64,000 nt of DNA from positions 19,470 to 83,469 of the forward strand of contig PLCF01000072.1 of assembly GCA_003135555.1 (NCBI GenBank), written 5' to 3'. Source of the stretch: Vulcanimicrobiota bacterium (lineage in GTDB: Bacteria; Vulcanimicrobiota; Vulcanimicrobiia; Vulcanimicrobiales; Vulcanimicrobiaceae). The notes beneath the pieces are model-generated. The model was not told the origin of the DNA and did not search any database. It worked only from the letters and a program-made list of their open reading frames with translations. A program made the position numbers and the translations under genes. Below are positions 30,960-39,747 of this stretch, in pieces; position 1 is the stretch's first letter; each line of letters begins with the position of its first letter.

Positions 30960-31850
30960 TTGCTGGCGCTCCCGGCGGCGGCGGGCGTGCTGCACCAGCC
31001 GTTCTGGATCAACGCGTGCACGCGCATCGTGATCTTCGCGCTGGTCGCCGCGAGCCTCGACCTCATCGTCGGCTACGGCGGGCTGGTGAGCTTCGGCCAC
31101 GCCGCCTACTTTGCCGTCGGCGGCTACACGGTCGCGGTGCTCGCGCAGCACGGCATCGACGCGGCGCCCGTCGCATGGGTCGTCGCCGTCGCGCTATCCG
31201 CCTTGCTGGCCGTGGTCGTGGGCGCGCTCTCGCTGCGCACCTCGGGGATCTTCTTCATCATGATCACCCTGGCGTTCGCCCAGATGGTGTTCTTCGCGCT
31301 CATCGCAATCAAGGCATGGGGCGGTAACGATGGCCTGCCGCTCGGCGCGCGCGCCACGCTGTTGGGGCTGGATCTGCGTGACCCCACCGTCCTGTACTTC
31401 GTGTGCCTCACGCTGCTCGTCGCGTTCGTCGCGTGCGCCGCGCAGCTGGTGGAGTCGCGCTTCGGGATCGTCCTGCGCGGCATTCGCGGCAGCGAACGCC
31501 GCGTGCTCGCGCTGGGCTTCCCGACGTTTCGCTACAAGCTCGTCGCCTTCGTCATCGCCGGCGCCGGCGCGGGCCTAGCCGGCGCGCTGTGGGCGGACTA
31601 CGCGCGGTTCGTCAGCCCCGACATGGCTTCGTGGTCGCGCTCGGGCGAATTCCTCGTGATGGTGATCCTGGGTGGAATCGGGACACTCGCGGGCGCGGTA
31701 TACGGCGCGGCGCTGCTGCTCGGGCTCGAGTCGGTGCTGTCGGGCCTCACCGAGCACTGGATGCTGCCGCTGGGCCTGATCCTGCTCGCGATCGTCCTGT
31801 TCGCCAAACGCGGCGTCTACGGCTGGATCGCGGGGCGCGACGATGGCTGA
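30960..31850 (+). CDS. ABC transporter permease (LivM-like); true start may be CTG at 30900
   Basis: SLDLIVGYGGLVSFGHAA, FIMITLAFAQM and GGNDG. Confidence 0.9.
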   Translation: MLALPAAAGVLHQPFWINACTRIVIFALVAASLDLIVGYGGLVSFGHAAYFAVGGYTVAVLAQHGIDAAPVAWVVAVALSALLAVVVGALSLRTSGIFFIMITLAFAQMVFFALIAIKAWGGNDGLPLGARATLLGLDLRDPTVLYFVCLTLLVAFVACAAQLVESRFGIVLRGIRGSERRVLALGFPTFRYKLVAFVIAGAGAGLAGALWADYARFVSPDMASWSRSGEFLVMVILGGIGTLAGAVYGAALLLGLESVLSGLTEHWMLPLGLILLAIVLFAKRGVYGWIAGRDDG

Positions 31851-32592
31851 GCCGGCGCTCGCGGTCCGCGGCTTGCGCAAGTCGTTCGGCGCGCTCGTCG
31901 TCACCGCCGATCTGGATCTCGACGTCGCTACGGGCGAGTGTCACGCGGTGATCGGCCCTAACGGTGCCGGTAAGACCACGCTGCTCGACCAGCTCGCGGG
32001 CGAGCTGGTCCCCGACGGCGGCCGGATCGTGTTCGCCGCGCGCGACGTAACGCGGCTCGGCCCCGACGCGCGCGCGCGGCTCGGAATGGCGCGCTCGTTT
32101 CAAATCCCGACCCTCATCGCCGATTTGACCGCGGAAGACAACGTCGCGCTCGCCGTCCAGGCCCGCACGGCGACGGCGATGCGCTTTTGGCGCAGCGCAT
32201 ACCGCGACAGCATGCTACGCCTCCCAGCCCGAGCCGCGCTGGCGCGCGTCGGCCTTGCCGCTCGTGGAAGCGTCGCCGCCGGCGATCTCGCGCACGGCGA
32301 GCAGCGCCTGCTCGAGGTCGCGATCGCGCTCGCGCGTGAGCCCACGCTGTTGTTGCTCGACGAGCCGATGGCGGGTCTGGGGCACGACGAGAGCCGCGCG
32401 ATGATCGCGCTGCTCTCGAGCATCAAAGGCACGCTCACCATGCTGTTGGTCGAGCACGACATGGAAGCCGTCGCGCACCTAGCCGATCGCGTCACGGTGC
32501 TCGTCGCGGGACGCGCGGTGGCCAGCGGCGGCTACGACGCCGTCCGTGCCGACCCGGTGGTTCGCAGCGCGTACCTCGGCGGCGACGCATGA
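31843..32592 (+). CDS. ABC transporter ATP-binding protein (LivG-like)
   Basis: GPNGAGKTT, LLLDEPMAG and VEHDM. Confidence 0.93.
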   Translation: MAEPALAVRGLRKSFGALVVTADLDLDVATGECHAVIGPNGAGKTTLLDQLAGELVPDGGRIVFAARDVTRLGPDARARLGMARSFQIPTLIADLTAEDNVALAVQARTATAMRFWRSAYRDSMLRLPARAALARVGLAARGSVAAGDLAHGEQRLLEVAIALAREPTLLLLDEPMAGLGHDESRAMIALLSSIKGTLTMLLVEHDMEAVAHLADRVTVLVAGRAVASGGYDAVRADPVVRSAYLGGDA

Positions 32593-33299
32593 GCCGCCTG
32601 CTCGCCGTCGAGGCTATCGAGAGCGGCTACGGCCGCAGTCGCGTGCTGTTCGGGACGACGCTGCACGTCGACGACGGCGAGACCGTGGCGCTCGTCGGCC
32701 GCAACGGGATGGGCAAGACGACGACGATTCGTACCATCATGGGGCTGTGCCGGGTCACCGCCGGCACGGTAGCCTTCGCCGGTGCCGACATCACCAACGC
32801 CGCGCCGCATCGTGTGGCGCGCCGCGGAATCGGGCTCGTCCCCGAAGGACGCCAGGTGTTTCCGACGCTGACCGTGCGCGAGAACCTGATCGCGACCGCG
32901 GCGAACTACGGCCGCGTCGCGCAGCCGTGGACGCTGCCGGACGTGTTCGCGATCTTTCCGCGGCTGGCCGAACGCGCGCACGCGCTGGGCAGCCAGCTCT
33001 CCGGCGGCGAGCAGCAGATGCTCGCGATCGGCAGGGCCCTGATGCTGGGTCCGCGCTTGCTGATCCTCGATGAAGCGACCGAAGGGCTCGCCCCGCTCTT
33101 GCGCGAGGAGATCTGGACCTGTTTGCGCACGCTGCGCGCACGCGGTCAGTCTACGCTCGTCGTCGACAAGCAGCTCGATGCGCTAGCGACAGTCGCCGAC
33201 CGCGCGGTGGTATTGGAAAAGGGGCGCACCGTCTGGCAAGGCGCCCCATCAACCCTCGCCACCGACCCCGCCCTACACGACCGCTATCTCAGCGTTTGA
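32589..33299 (+). CDS. ABC transporter ATP-binding protein (LivF-like)
   Basis: GRNGMGKTT, LSGGEQQMLAIGRAL and DEATEGLAP. Confidence 0.93.
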   Translation: MSRLLAVEAIESGYGRSRVLFGTTLHVDDGETVALVGRNGMGKTTTIRTIMGLCRVTAGTVAFAGADITNAAPHRVARRGIGLVPEGRQVFPTLTVRENLIATAANYGRVAQPWTLPDVFAIFPRLAERAHALGSQLSGGEQQMLAIGRALMLGPRLLILDEATEGLAPLLREEIWTCLRTLRARGQSTLVVDKQLDALATVADRAVVLEKGRTVWQGAPSTLATDPALHDRYLSV

Positions 33300-33309
33300 G
33301 TGACGGCAG

Positions 33310-34008
33310 CTAAGCCGCGAGCGGGATGAACGCGTCGTCGAGCGCGGCCAGGACGCTGGTGGGAAGGACCGACACGACGAGATGGCGCGGCAGGAACCAC
33401 GTCACCCCGGCGATCGCCGTCTCGAACTCGTCCTGGTCGTCGAAATCGTCGCGCGCGATGCGGAAGACCAGCTGTTCGCGCGGCTCCTGATCGGGTGAGA
33501 CCAGCGTCAACACGGCGGGTTCCTCGATCCCCAGCGTGCGCGTGAAGTACAGGTATAGCAGGGGGCGAACGTAGCGCGGCAGCATCGACTCGTCCGGCGC
33601 TTCGACCTGCATCCGCTCCGTCGCCTTGAGGACCTCGCGAAACGTCGCCGATTCGCCCGGTGCGACACCGATGCGCGGAAACTCCCAGCCGCCGAAGGCG
33701 CGCCGCGTGACCAGATCGCCGCAGGTGAACACCCACGCCGCCAGCTCGCCCACGGGCTCGATCGCGATCCCGAAGCCGCGGTCGGTCGCGAGGTCGACCA
33801 GGTCGCCCACCGCGATGTCGCCCTCGTCGCCCTCGCCAGGCAGCTCGAGCGCGAAATACGGGAAGCCGTCGGGCCCGAGGAAGATCTGCGGATCGCACCG
33901 CCGCAGCCGCGCAGTCTCGACGAGGTCGTAGAACCGATGGCGCCACTTCGCACCACGCTCCGCCTCCGGAACGGCAAGATGGACGCGCAAGGCATCAGCG
34001 TCGTTCAT
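33310..34008 (-). CDS. conserved-looking hypothetical protein
   Basis: Protein-like composition (GPDGFPYF..., W.FT.GD). TACAGT -10-like box 7 nt before the ATG. Confidence 0.7.
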   Translation of the reverse strand: MNDADALRVHLAVPEAERGAKWRHRFYDLVETARLRRCDPQIFLGPDGFPYFALELPGEGDEGDIAVGDLVDLATDRGFGIAIEPVGELAAWVFTCGDLVTRRAFGGWEFPRIGVAPGESATFREVLKATERMQVEAPDESMLPRYVRPLLYLYFTRTLGIEEPAVLTLVSPDQEPREQLVFRIARDDFDDQDEFETAIAGVTWFLPRHLVVSVLPTSVLAALDDAFIPLAA

Positions 34009-34032
34009 TGTCCGTACTGTACCCGATCTCGA

Positions 34033-34452
34033 CTACGCAGCCGCGGTAGCCTTCCGTGTCGCTGGTCGTCCGCCTAACCTTCCGTTTGCCGCAGACGACT
34101 CGGCCTTCTTGGTGCTCTTACGAGAGCCCAAGAGCTGCGCCGCTGCGCTACGTACGATGCCTTCGCCGGCGGCCGCGATCATCAGCGTTTCGAGGCGAAC
34201 GCCGACATCGGGCGCTTCGAACCAAAGCGCATTGCCGGGCGCTTCGATTTCCGGTTTGCGCAGCGCGACCGGATCGATCTTCGCAAATCCCGGTACCCGC
34301 ACTCGCGGGACACTGAGCGTAGACCCGGTGTTTAGACGAACGATGATCGCATCTTGGGCCTTCGCATACCGCGCATCAACGATCACCGTCAAATGCTTTG
34401 CCGCAGCGCGGGCGCGCCTCCCAGCGGCCCGGATTTCGAAATGCATCGCCAT
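34033..34452 (-). CDS. DUF2442-domain protein (putative antitoxin)
   Basis: A.Y......I.V.L..G...G.AL.F...DV core plus the typical S.KK...S.ANG.LGGRP tail. Confidence 0.7.
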   Translation of the reverse strand: MAMHFEIRAAGRRARAAAKHLTVIVDARYAKAQDAIIVRLNTGSTLSVPRVRVPGFAKIDPVALRKPEIEAPGNALWFEAPDVGVRLETLMIAAAGEGIVRSAAAQLLGSRKSTKKAESSAANGRLGGRPATRKATAAA

Positions 34453-34509
34453 TCAAATTCGAATATTAAACCAAACGGTTAGGTTTGGCAAGCGAAGGGC
34501 GGCTGCCCG

Positions 34510-36087
34510 TTAGCCGGCGATGGCGTTGCGGCCGGCGGCTTTTGCCTGGTAGCAGGCGGCGTCGGCCTCGTCCAATGCTTCGGCGGCCGAGGCGGTGTCA
34601 GCCTCGAGCGGAGCCAGGCCGACCGAAACGCCGACGTCGAGCTCCTCGCCGTCGTGTTCGATGCGGTACGTCTCCACCGCGGCGCGCAGCTTCTCGGCGA
34701 TCCGCCGGGCGTCGTCGATGCGGCAGTTGGCGAGCAGCAAGCCGAACTCGTCGCCGCCAATCCGCGCCAATACGTCGCCGCCGCGAACGACCCGCCCCAT
34801 GACGTGCCCGATCTCGCGCAGCAGCCGATCCCCGGTCGCGTGTCCGAAGCGGTCGTTCACGATCTTGAAACGGTCGAGATCCAAGAAGGCGAGCACGTGG
34901 TGTTCGTGGCGTTCGCGTGCGCCGCGAATCGCCTCGTCCAGCCGTTCGGCGAACGCGCGCCGGTTCTGCAGACCGGTGAGCGGGTCGTGGGCCGCCTCGA
35001 ACGAGAGCCGCAGCTTGAGCCGATACTCCAAGGTGACGTCGCGCAAGACGACGACCGTCCCTTGCTCGTCGGGGTCGATGCGCGACGCGACGTAGGCGAC
35101 GTCGACGATCCCGGTGCGCGTGCGCAGATGTCCGTTGCCGCGCCGCACCCCCTCGGCACCGCTTTGGGGCACGACGGCGATCGGCCGCGCCTCGTCGTCG
35201 ACCATGCAGATCACGTCGTCGACGGCGCTGCCGTACGCGTCGGCAAGATCGATGCCGAGCAGCCGCTGTGCGGCCGCGTTGACGAACTCGACCCGGCCGT
35301 CGGCCAGCACGGTGACGACCGCGTCGGCGATGGCGGCCAGCGTCGTTTGCAGCTTCCGTTTCTCCGCTGCGAGGGCGCTTTCGAACTGCTTGCGTGAGGT
35401 CACGTCGCGGAAGCTGACCACGTGCCGCACCGTACCGCGTTCGTGAAGGACCGGCGTCGACGCCAGCTCCGTCCAGAACGGCAAGCCGGATTGGTCGTAG
35501 AGAATGACGACCGCGCGGGCCGCTTCGCGCTCGGTGATCCGCGAGCGCAGCCAGCGCATCCGGTCGCGATCGGTCAGCGGGCCCCACATGCAGTCGGCGG
35601 TCTTCCCGACGATCTCCGCGGCGGCAAATCCGAACAGTTGTGTAAAGCCGGCGTTCACGTGCAGGACGTGCGGCGCGGTGTCCAGGTCGGGCGGCGCGCT
35701 GAGGATGGCGACGGCCTCGCCGAGCTGCTCGAGGCTCTCGGTAAGGTGCTCGATCGCGCTGGGGCTGTCGGCTGCACGATCGGCCGGGCTGCACGCGGCT
35801 CCGATCTCGGCCGCGAGCGCCGTGAGGGCAGCCTCGTCGCCGTCGGTCGAGGGAGCGATCAGTAACAGGTCGGCGGCGCTCCCGTCGGCCAGCACGACCG
35901 GATAGCCCCGGAAGGACCAGGCGCCGCTGGGCCAGGCGCGGCGCACCGCGCGCAGCAGCGCGTCCGCAGCGGCCGCGTCCACCCCCCACGCCGCGACCGG
36001 CGCGTCGTTGCCGGGGACGGCGACGAGCGCGGCGGACGCGCCCGCGATGCGGGCCGCGATCCGAAGCAGCGCGGTGACGGTCTCCAT
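34510..36087 (-). CDS. diguanylate cyclase, PAS-PAS-GGDEF
   Basis: Two PAS segments, HDPLTGL.NR, DLD.FK.VND.FGH..GD, RxxD I-site and intact GGDEF. Confidence 0.93.
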   Translation of the reverse strand: METVTALLRIAARIAGASAALVAVPGNDAPVAAWGVDAAAADALLRAVRRAWPSGAWSFRGYPVVLADGSAADLLLIAPSTDGDEAALTALAAEIGAACSPADRAADSPSAIEHLTESLEQLGEAVAILSAPPDLDTAPHVLHVNAGFTQLFGFAAAEIVGKTADCMWGPLTDRDRMRWLRSRITEREAARAVVILYDQSGLPFWTELASTPVLHERGTVRHVVSFRDVTSRKQFESALAAEKRKLQTTLAAIADAVVTVLADGRVEFVNAAAQRLLGIDLADAYGSAVDDVICMVDDEARPIAVVPQSGAEGVRRGNGHLRTRTGIVDVAYVASRIDPDEQGTVVVLRDVTLEYRLKLRLSFEAAHDPLTGLQNRRAFAERLDEAIRGARERHEHHVLAFLDLDRFKIVNDRFGHATGDRLLREIGHVMGRVVRGGDVLARIGGDEFGLLLANCRIDDARRIAEKLRAAVETYRIEHDGEELDVGVSVGLAPLEADTASAAEALDEADAACYQAKAAGRNAIAG

Positions 36088-36222
36088 CTCCCTGGAATAT
36101 CGGCCGTTTGGGCGCCGGGGCGCCGCGGCACCGCCCTTTGTGCGCCCGCTAACGTTTCCTCAGAGGCGGAGGAGCTCGAACGGCGGTTGAGCGCCTTGCC
36201 CGAAGCCGTGGCGTCCGGCGAG

Positions 36223-36732
36223 CTAGCCGACCGTCACGACCGCGCGGCTCCACGCATCTTGCGCCGCGTCTTGTTGGAACACCGCCGCGGTATCGACGAC
36301 GAGGCTTTGCCCGGCTCGGTGCACGGCGTACCGGTCCATCGCGCGATCCGGGCGGCCGTCGATGAGTTCGCCGTCGGGCTGAAAATGCGCGTCGTGCTTG
36401 GGACAATGGAATTCTCTTGCGTCGGGTAGCCACTCCAGCCGCGTCACCGCGCGGTGCGGACAGACGATCGACAGCGCGTAGACCGCGTTTCGCACCCGCG
36501 CGAGGATCACACCGTTGCCGGCGTCGATCAGAGCGCCTTCCTTTGCCGGAAGCGCGTACGTAAGCACGCTGCCGTGCGATCGCGTCGGCACGATGGAACC
36601 GACCGATTGTGCAAAGGCCGGGTCGGCGAAGAGCCCTGAACCGACGATTCCGGCCAGCGCACCAAGGGCCGACGAACGCAGGAATCGCGCGCGGCCGATC
36701 GGACAGCTCGCTGCGCAGGTGGGGTGATTCAT
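36223..36732 (-). CDS. Rieske [2Fe-2S] protein with Tat-like leader
   Basis: CPH and CPKH ligand boxes, and a GRARFL leader. ATG at 36732 is coupled to the upstream stop. Confidence 0.85.
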   Translation of the reverse strand: MNHPTCAASCPIGRARFLRSSALGALAGIVGSGLFADPAFAQSVGSIVPTRSHGSVLTYALPAKEGALIDAGNGVILARVRNAVYALSIVCPHRAVTRLEWLPDAREFHCPKHDAHFQPDGELIDGRPDRAMDRYAVHRAGQSLVVDTAAVFQQDAAQDAWSRAVVTVG

Positions 36733-37247
36733 TTCGACAGCGACAGCACGATGCTGACCAGCACGATCGATCCCCACAGGAGCGCGCTCACGATCGAGGT
36801 TGCCCGGACGCGTGCCCACGCAAGCGTCGCCGCCCCTCCCGAATCGAGGCGCAAGGACCCTTCGGCCGCCGTCATGAGCAGGGCGTTGCCGAGCAACATC
36901 GCGATGAGTGCCATCTTTATCCAGAACGGCGCCGACACGACGTACGTTTTGACGTCGGCGGCAAAGAGGGCGAGGCCGCTGAGCATGCAGATCGCAAGTG
37001 CGACCACGATGGTGCGGTGTACCGCATGCAATTCCGCAAAATGGTGTGCGCGAATGGGAGGAGCCCAGCGGCCCGAACGCAGGGTGCCGCGGTCGTGAGC
37101 GATCGCGAGCCCGCCGGCGACCAGCATGGAAAGCACGTGCGTCCCGACGACGGACATCTCGAGGGGAGCCGAGTGACTGAAGAGTGACCGCCAGGGTGCC
37201 GTAAGTCCGACCAGTTCGCGGACCACAACGATGCTTGCCAAGCCCAT
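36729..37247 (-). CDS. four-helix membrane protein (DUF6644/DUF2214-like)
   Basis: Four hydrophobic segments with SG..LF and F.IKM.LI..L..N. Confidence 0.65.
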   Translation of the reverse strand: MGLASIVVVRELVGLTAPWRSLFSHSAPLEMSVVGTHVLSMLVAGGLAIAHDRGTLRSGRWAPPIRAHHFAELHAVHRTIVVALAICMLSGLALFAADVKTYVVSAPFWIKMALIAMLLGNALLMTAAEGSLRLDSGGAATLAWARVRATSIVSALLWGSIVLVSIVLSLSK

Positions 37248-37313
37248 GACCTAAGGATCGCGCCCAGTCCTTACATCGCGCTTGGATTCACATGAGGCTG
37301 CCGTGAGAGCGCC

Positions 37314-39095
37314 TCACGGCGACACAAGCGACGCCCACGATCGTGAGGCGTGCGCATGCCGGTGAAATCCCGCGGGCGTGAGCCGTTGCGCGATTCTCGA
37401 TTCGGTCACGGCGCCTGAACGCCCGAGCAAGAAAGCGGCAGCCCGCAGGCTGACCCGCGCTCGCCCGGGCCGTACGGTAAACGGCCCGCGATAGACATGC
37501 GACGTCGCCGACGGCGCACTGCCGTCGGTCGTGTAGCGAATGACCGCCCGGGCGACCGGCACCCGCAACGTCACCGTGAGCTGAGATGCCGTGGTCAGCA
37601 CGTCGACGGACTGAACGTGCCCCGGTACCGCTTCGAAGACCGCCGGGCCGCCCGAGAAGGCGAACGACACGTTGGGGATGCGGAACGGGTAGCCGTGTGC
37701 TTCGAGCCAGGTGAACTGAGCCGGCAAGCGCGCCAAGAACGAGCTCCAACTCTTCCTCGAGCGCGGCGTCCAGGCAATCTCCGCGAGCGCGAGCTCGCGC
37801 GGGAGCGTCATCCAAAAGAGGTGGCCGGCCGTGGCGATGTGTTCGGTCCAGACGTTCGCTTGTGCTCCGAGGACGTGGGCGGAGTCGTGAGCCCGCAGGC
37901 CGGCCGGCATCACGCTGTCGGAGTAGACTTCTTCCAGCGTCGACATGTGCCGCGTCGCCGGCGGTTCTTGCGCCGGGTCTCCTTGCGCCGCGTCGAAGTA
38001 CAGCGGCGGCGACGTGATGACGACGTCGTTTCCATGCCGCGCGATCGACGCCGCACGTTGACGGCCCGTCCACACCATCACCGTTGCGCGCCGCGACAGG
38101 GACGCCGAGTAGACGTCGTCCCACGCGATGAAGCGCCGCCCGTGCGACTCGGCGTAGCCCTCGATCGCGCGGGTGAACGACGACTGACTCAGCGACGCCG
38201 GCCAGTCGACCTCGTCGCCGCCGGCGTGCAGATAGGTTGACGGAAACTGCGCCATCGCATCGGCCAGCACGTTGCGCGCGAATTCCAGACCGCTGCCGGT
38301 CTGGCAGAGTGTCGAGCCGCAGGCGAACTGCGGATACGCGCGCAGTGCCGCGCTCGCGTGCGCCGGCATCTCGATCTCCGGAACGACCGTGACATACCGG
38401 CGTGCCGCATAGGCAACGATCTCGCGAACGTCGGACGGTGAGTACGCTTCTCGGCCGGCTGTCAAGGCCGGGTAACGCGTGCTCTGCAGGCGCCACGCTT
38501 GATCGTCGGTGAGATGCCAGTGGAACACGTTGAGCTTGTAGTGCGCCGCGACGTCGATGTACCGCTTGACCACCGCGACCGAAAAGAAGTGCCGTGCCAC
38601 GTCGAGGTGGATGCCGCGCCAGCGATATTCCGGCCGGTCGACCACGCTCACGAAACGCGAGGAGAGGTGACCCCTCGACCGCCCCGACACCTGATCGAGC
38701 GTCTGGAGCCCGTAGAACAACCCGCGGGCCGTATTGGCGCGGATCGTGACCCCGTGTCGCCCAACGCGTAGCTCGTAGCCTTCGTCGCCAAGCTGCGCGC
38801 TACGTCGGGGCAGGCGTTCCAAGACGATGTCAGCCGGCTTGCCGTGCGCAGTCCAAATCGTCACGAGACCGTTTCGCGCGAGATACGCGCTCAGCCGCTC
38901 GGCGACGTTGCGTTCGACCCCGGCGCCCACGGCAACACGCGCCCCGCTGGCCCACACAAAGGCGCCCGATGTCGTGCGCACGCTGCGCGGCCACGGCACG
39001 ATGGAAGGCGCCGGCGCCGCCGCAGCGCCTGCCGGAACGCTCGAGAGCAAGCCGAACGCGGCGACGGCGGCGAACGCGCGTATGTGGACCTCCAT
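37314..39095 (-). CDS. beta-N-acetylhexosaminidase (GH20) with C-terminal chitobiase-type domain
   Basis: WRG.HLDVARHF, NVFHWHLTDDQ.WR, PEIEMPAH, H.GGDE, WTE and IRYTTDGS.P. Confidence 0.93.
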   Translation of the reverse strand: MEVHIRAFAAVAAFGLLSSVPAGAAAAPAPSIVPWPRSVRTTSGAFVWASGARVAVGAGVERNVAERLSAYLARNGLVTIWTAHGKPADIVLERLPRRSAQLGDEGYELRVGRHGVTIRANTARGLFYGLQTLDQVSGRSRGHLSSRFVSVVDRPEYRWRGIHLDVARHFFSVAVVKRYIDVAAHYKLNVFHWHLTDDQAWRLQSTRYPALTAGREAYSPSDVREIVAYAARRYVTVVPEIEMPAHASAALRAYPQFACGSTLCQTGSGLEFARNVLADAMAQFPSTYLHAGGDEVDWPASLSQSSFTRAIEGYAESHGRRFIAWDDVYSASLSRRATVMVWTGRQRAASIARHGNDVVITSPPLYFDAAQGDPAQEPPATRHMSTLEEVYSDSVMPAGLRAHDSAHVLGAQANVWTEHIATAGHLFWMTLPRELALAEIAWTPRSRKSWSSFLARLPAQFTWLEAHGYPFRIPNVSFAFSGGPAVFEAVPGHVQSVDVLTTASQLTVTLRVPVARAVIRYTTDGSAPSATSHVYRGPFTVRPGRARVSLRAAAFLLGRSGAVTESRIAQRLTPAGFHRHAHASRSWASLVSP

Positions 39096-39157
39096 CTACG
39101 CGAGGGATTCGCGACGTGCCTCGAGTAACTTGCAGGGCAATACTTTAGCATCATGAC

Positions 39158-39465
39158 GGCCACGTCGCGCCGCTACGCTATGCGGGATGCGCAATCGTCC
39201 CGCCGTCGATGCGAGCCCCAAAGCGGTCGCGGCGATCGACGCCGTTCTGGATCGCTTCGGCGCTGGCGCGCTCCGCGTCGCCGCGAGCGCCGGCGTGCGC
39301 TTCGTCCACCTGCGCGCTACCGAACGGTACCGCGACCGTTCGCGCGCCTTGCGGCGGCTCGCCAGCGGGGTCGACGACTGGCCGGTGCCGCCAACCGGGC
39401 TGTTCGTCGTCGAGGAGCGCGCCGTCTACCTGCGCTCCACATCACCGATGACGGTGGCGCACGAA
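39158..39465 (+). repeat. copy 1 of the promoter plus 5' part of the HExxH peptidase gene (matches ~44269-44576)
   Basis: About 30 bp of upstream sequence plus 93 codons. 86/93 aa are identical to the intact gene. Confidence 0.93.
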
Positions 39466-39486
39466 TTATACGCAGTCCAACTGTAA
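39187..39486 (+). pseudogene. truncated HExxH metallopeptidase (ends VAHE-LYAVQL*)
   Basis: Homology stops inside the zinc-binding motif, and a stop follows 6 codons later. Confidence 0.85.
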
Positions 39487-39747
39487 ACAAACACGGGTGC
39501 GGTGCCCGAACCCATTCGCCGCTGCCGGCGGCAGTCACGGTATCTGCGCGCCTACACCCTCGACCCACTCAGGGCTGCGGGGATCGACCCCGCTGCGAAC
39601 GACAGCGCGTGAAGGGCGCTTGCGCTTGACGCTCGTCGCGACGATCGCAACGTCGGTCCCTTTACTCTGGACGACTCGTTCGTTATTTAAAAGACTAACG
39701 CTCGAAAACGAAACGTAGACCAGCGCCTGCGTGGCCTGACGGCGCGG

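Noticed and set aside
39502..39612. Short frame YLRAYTLDPLRAAGIDP after copy 1 as a displaced peptidase C-terminus
   Set aside because: The resemblance to LRAW...LRELDP is too weak to support by eye.
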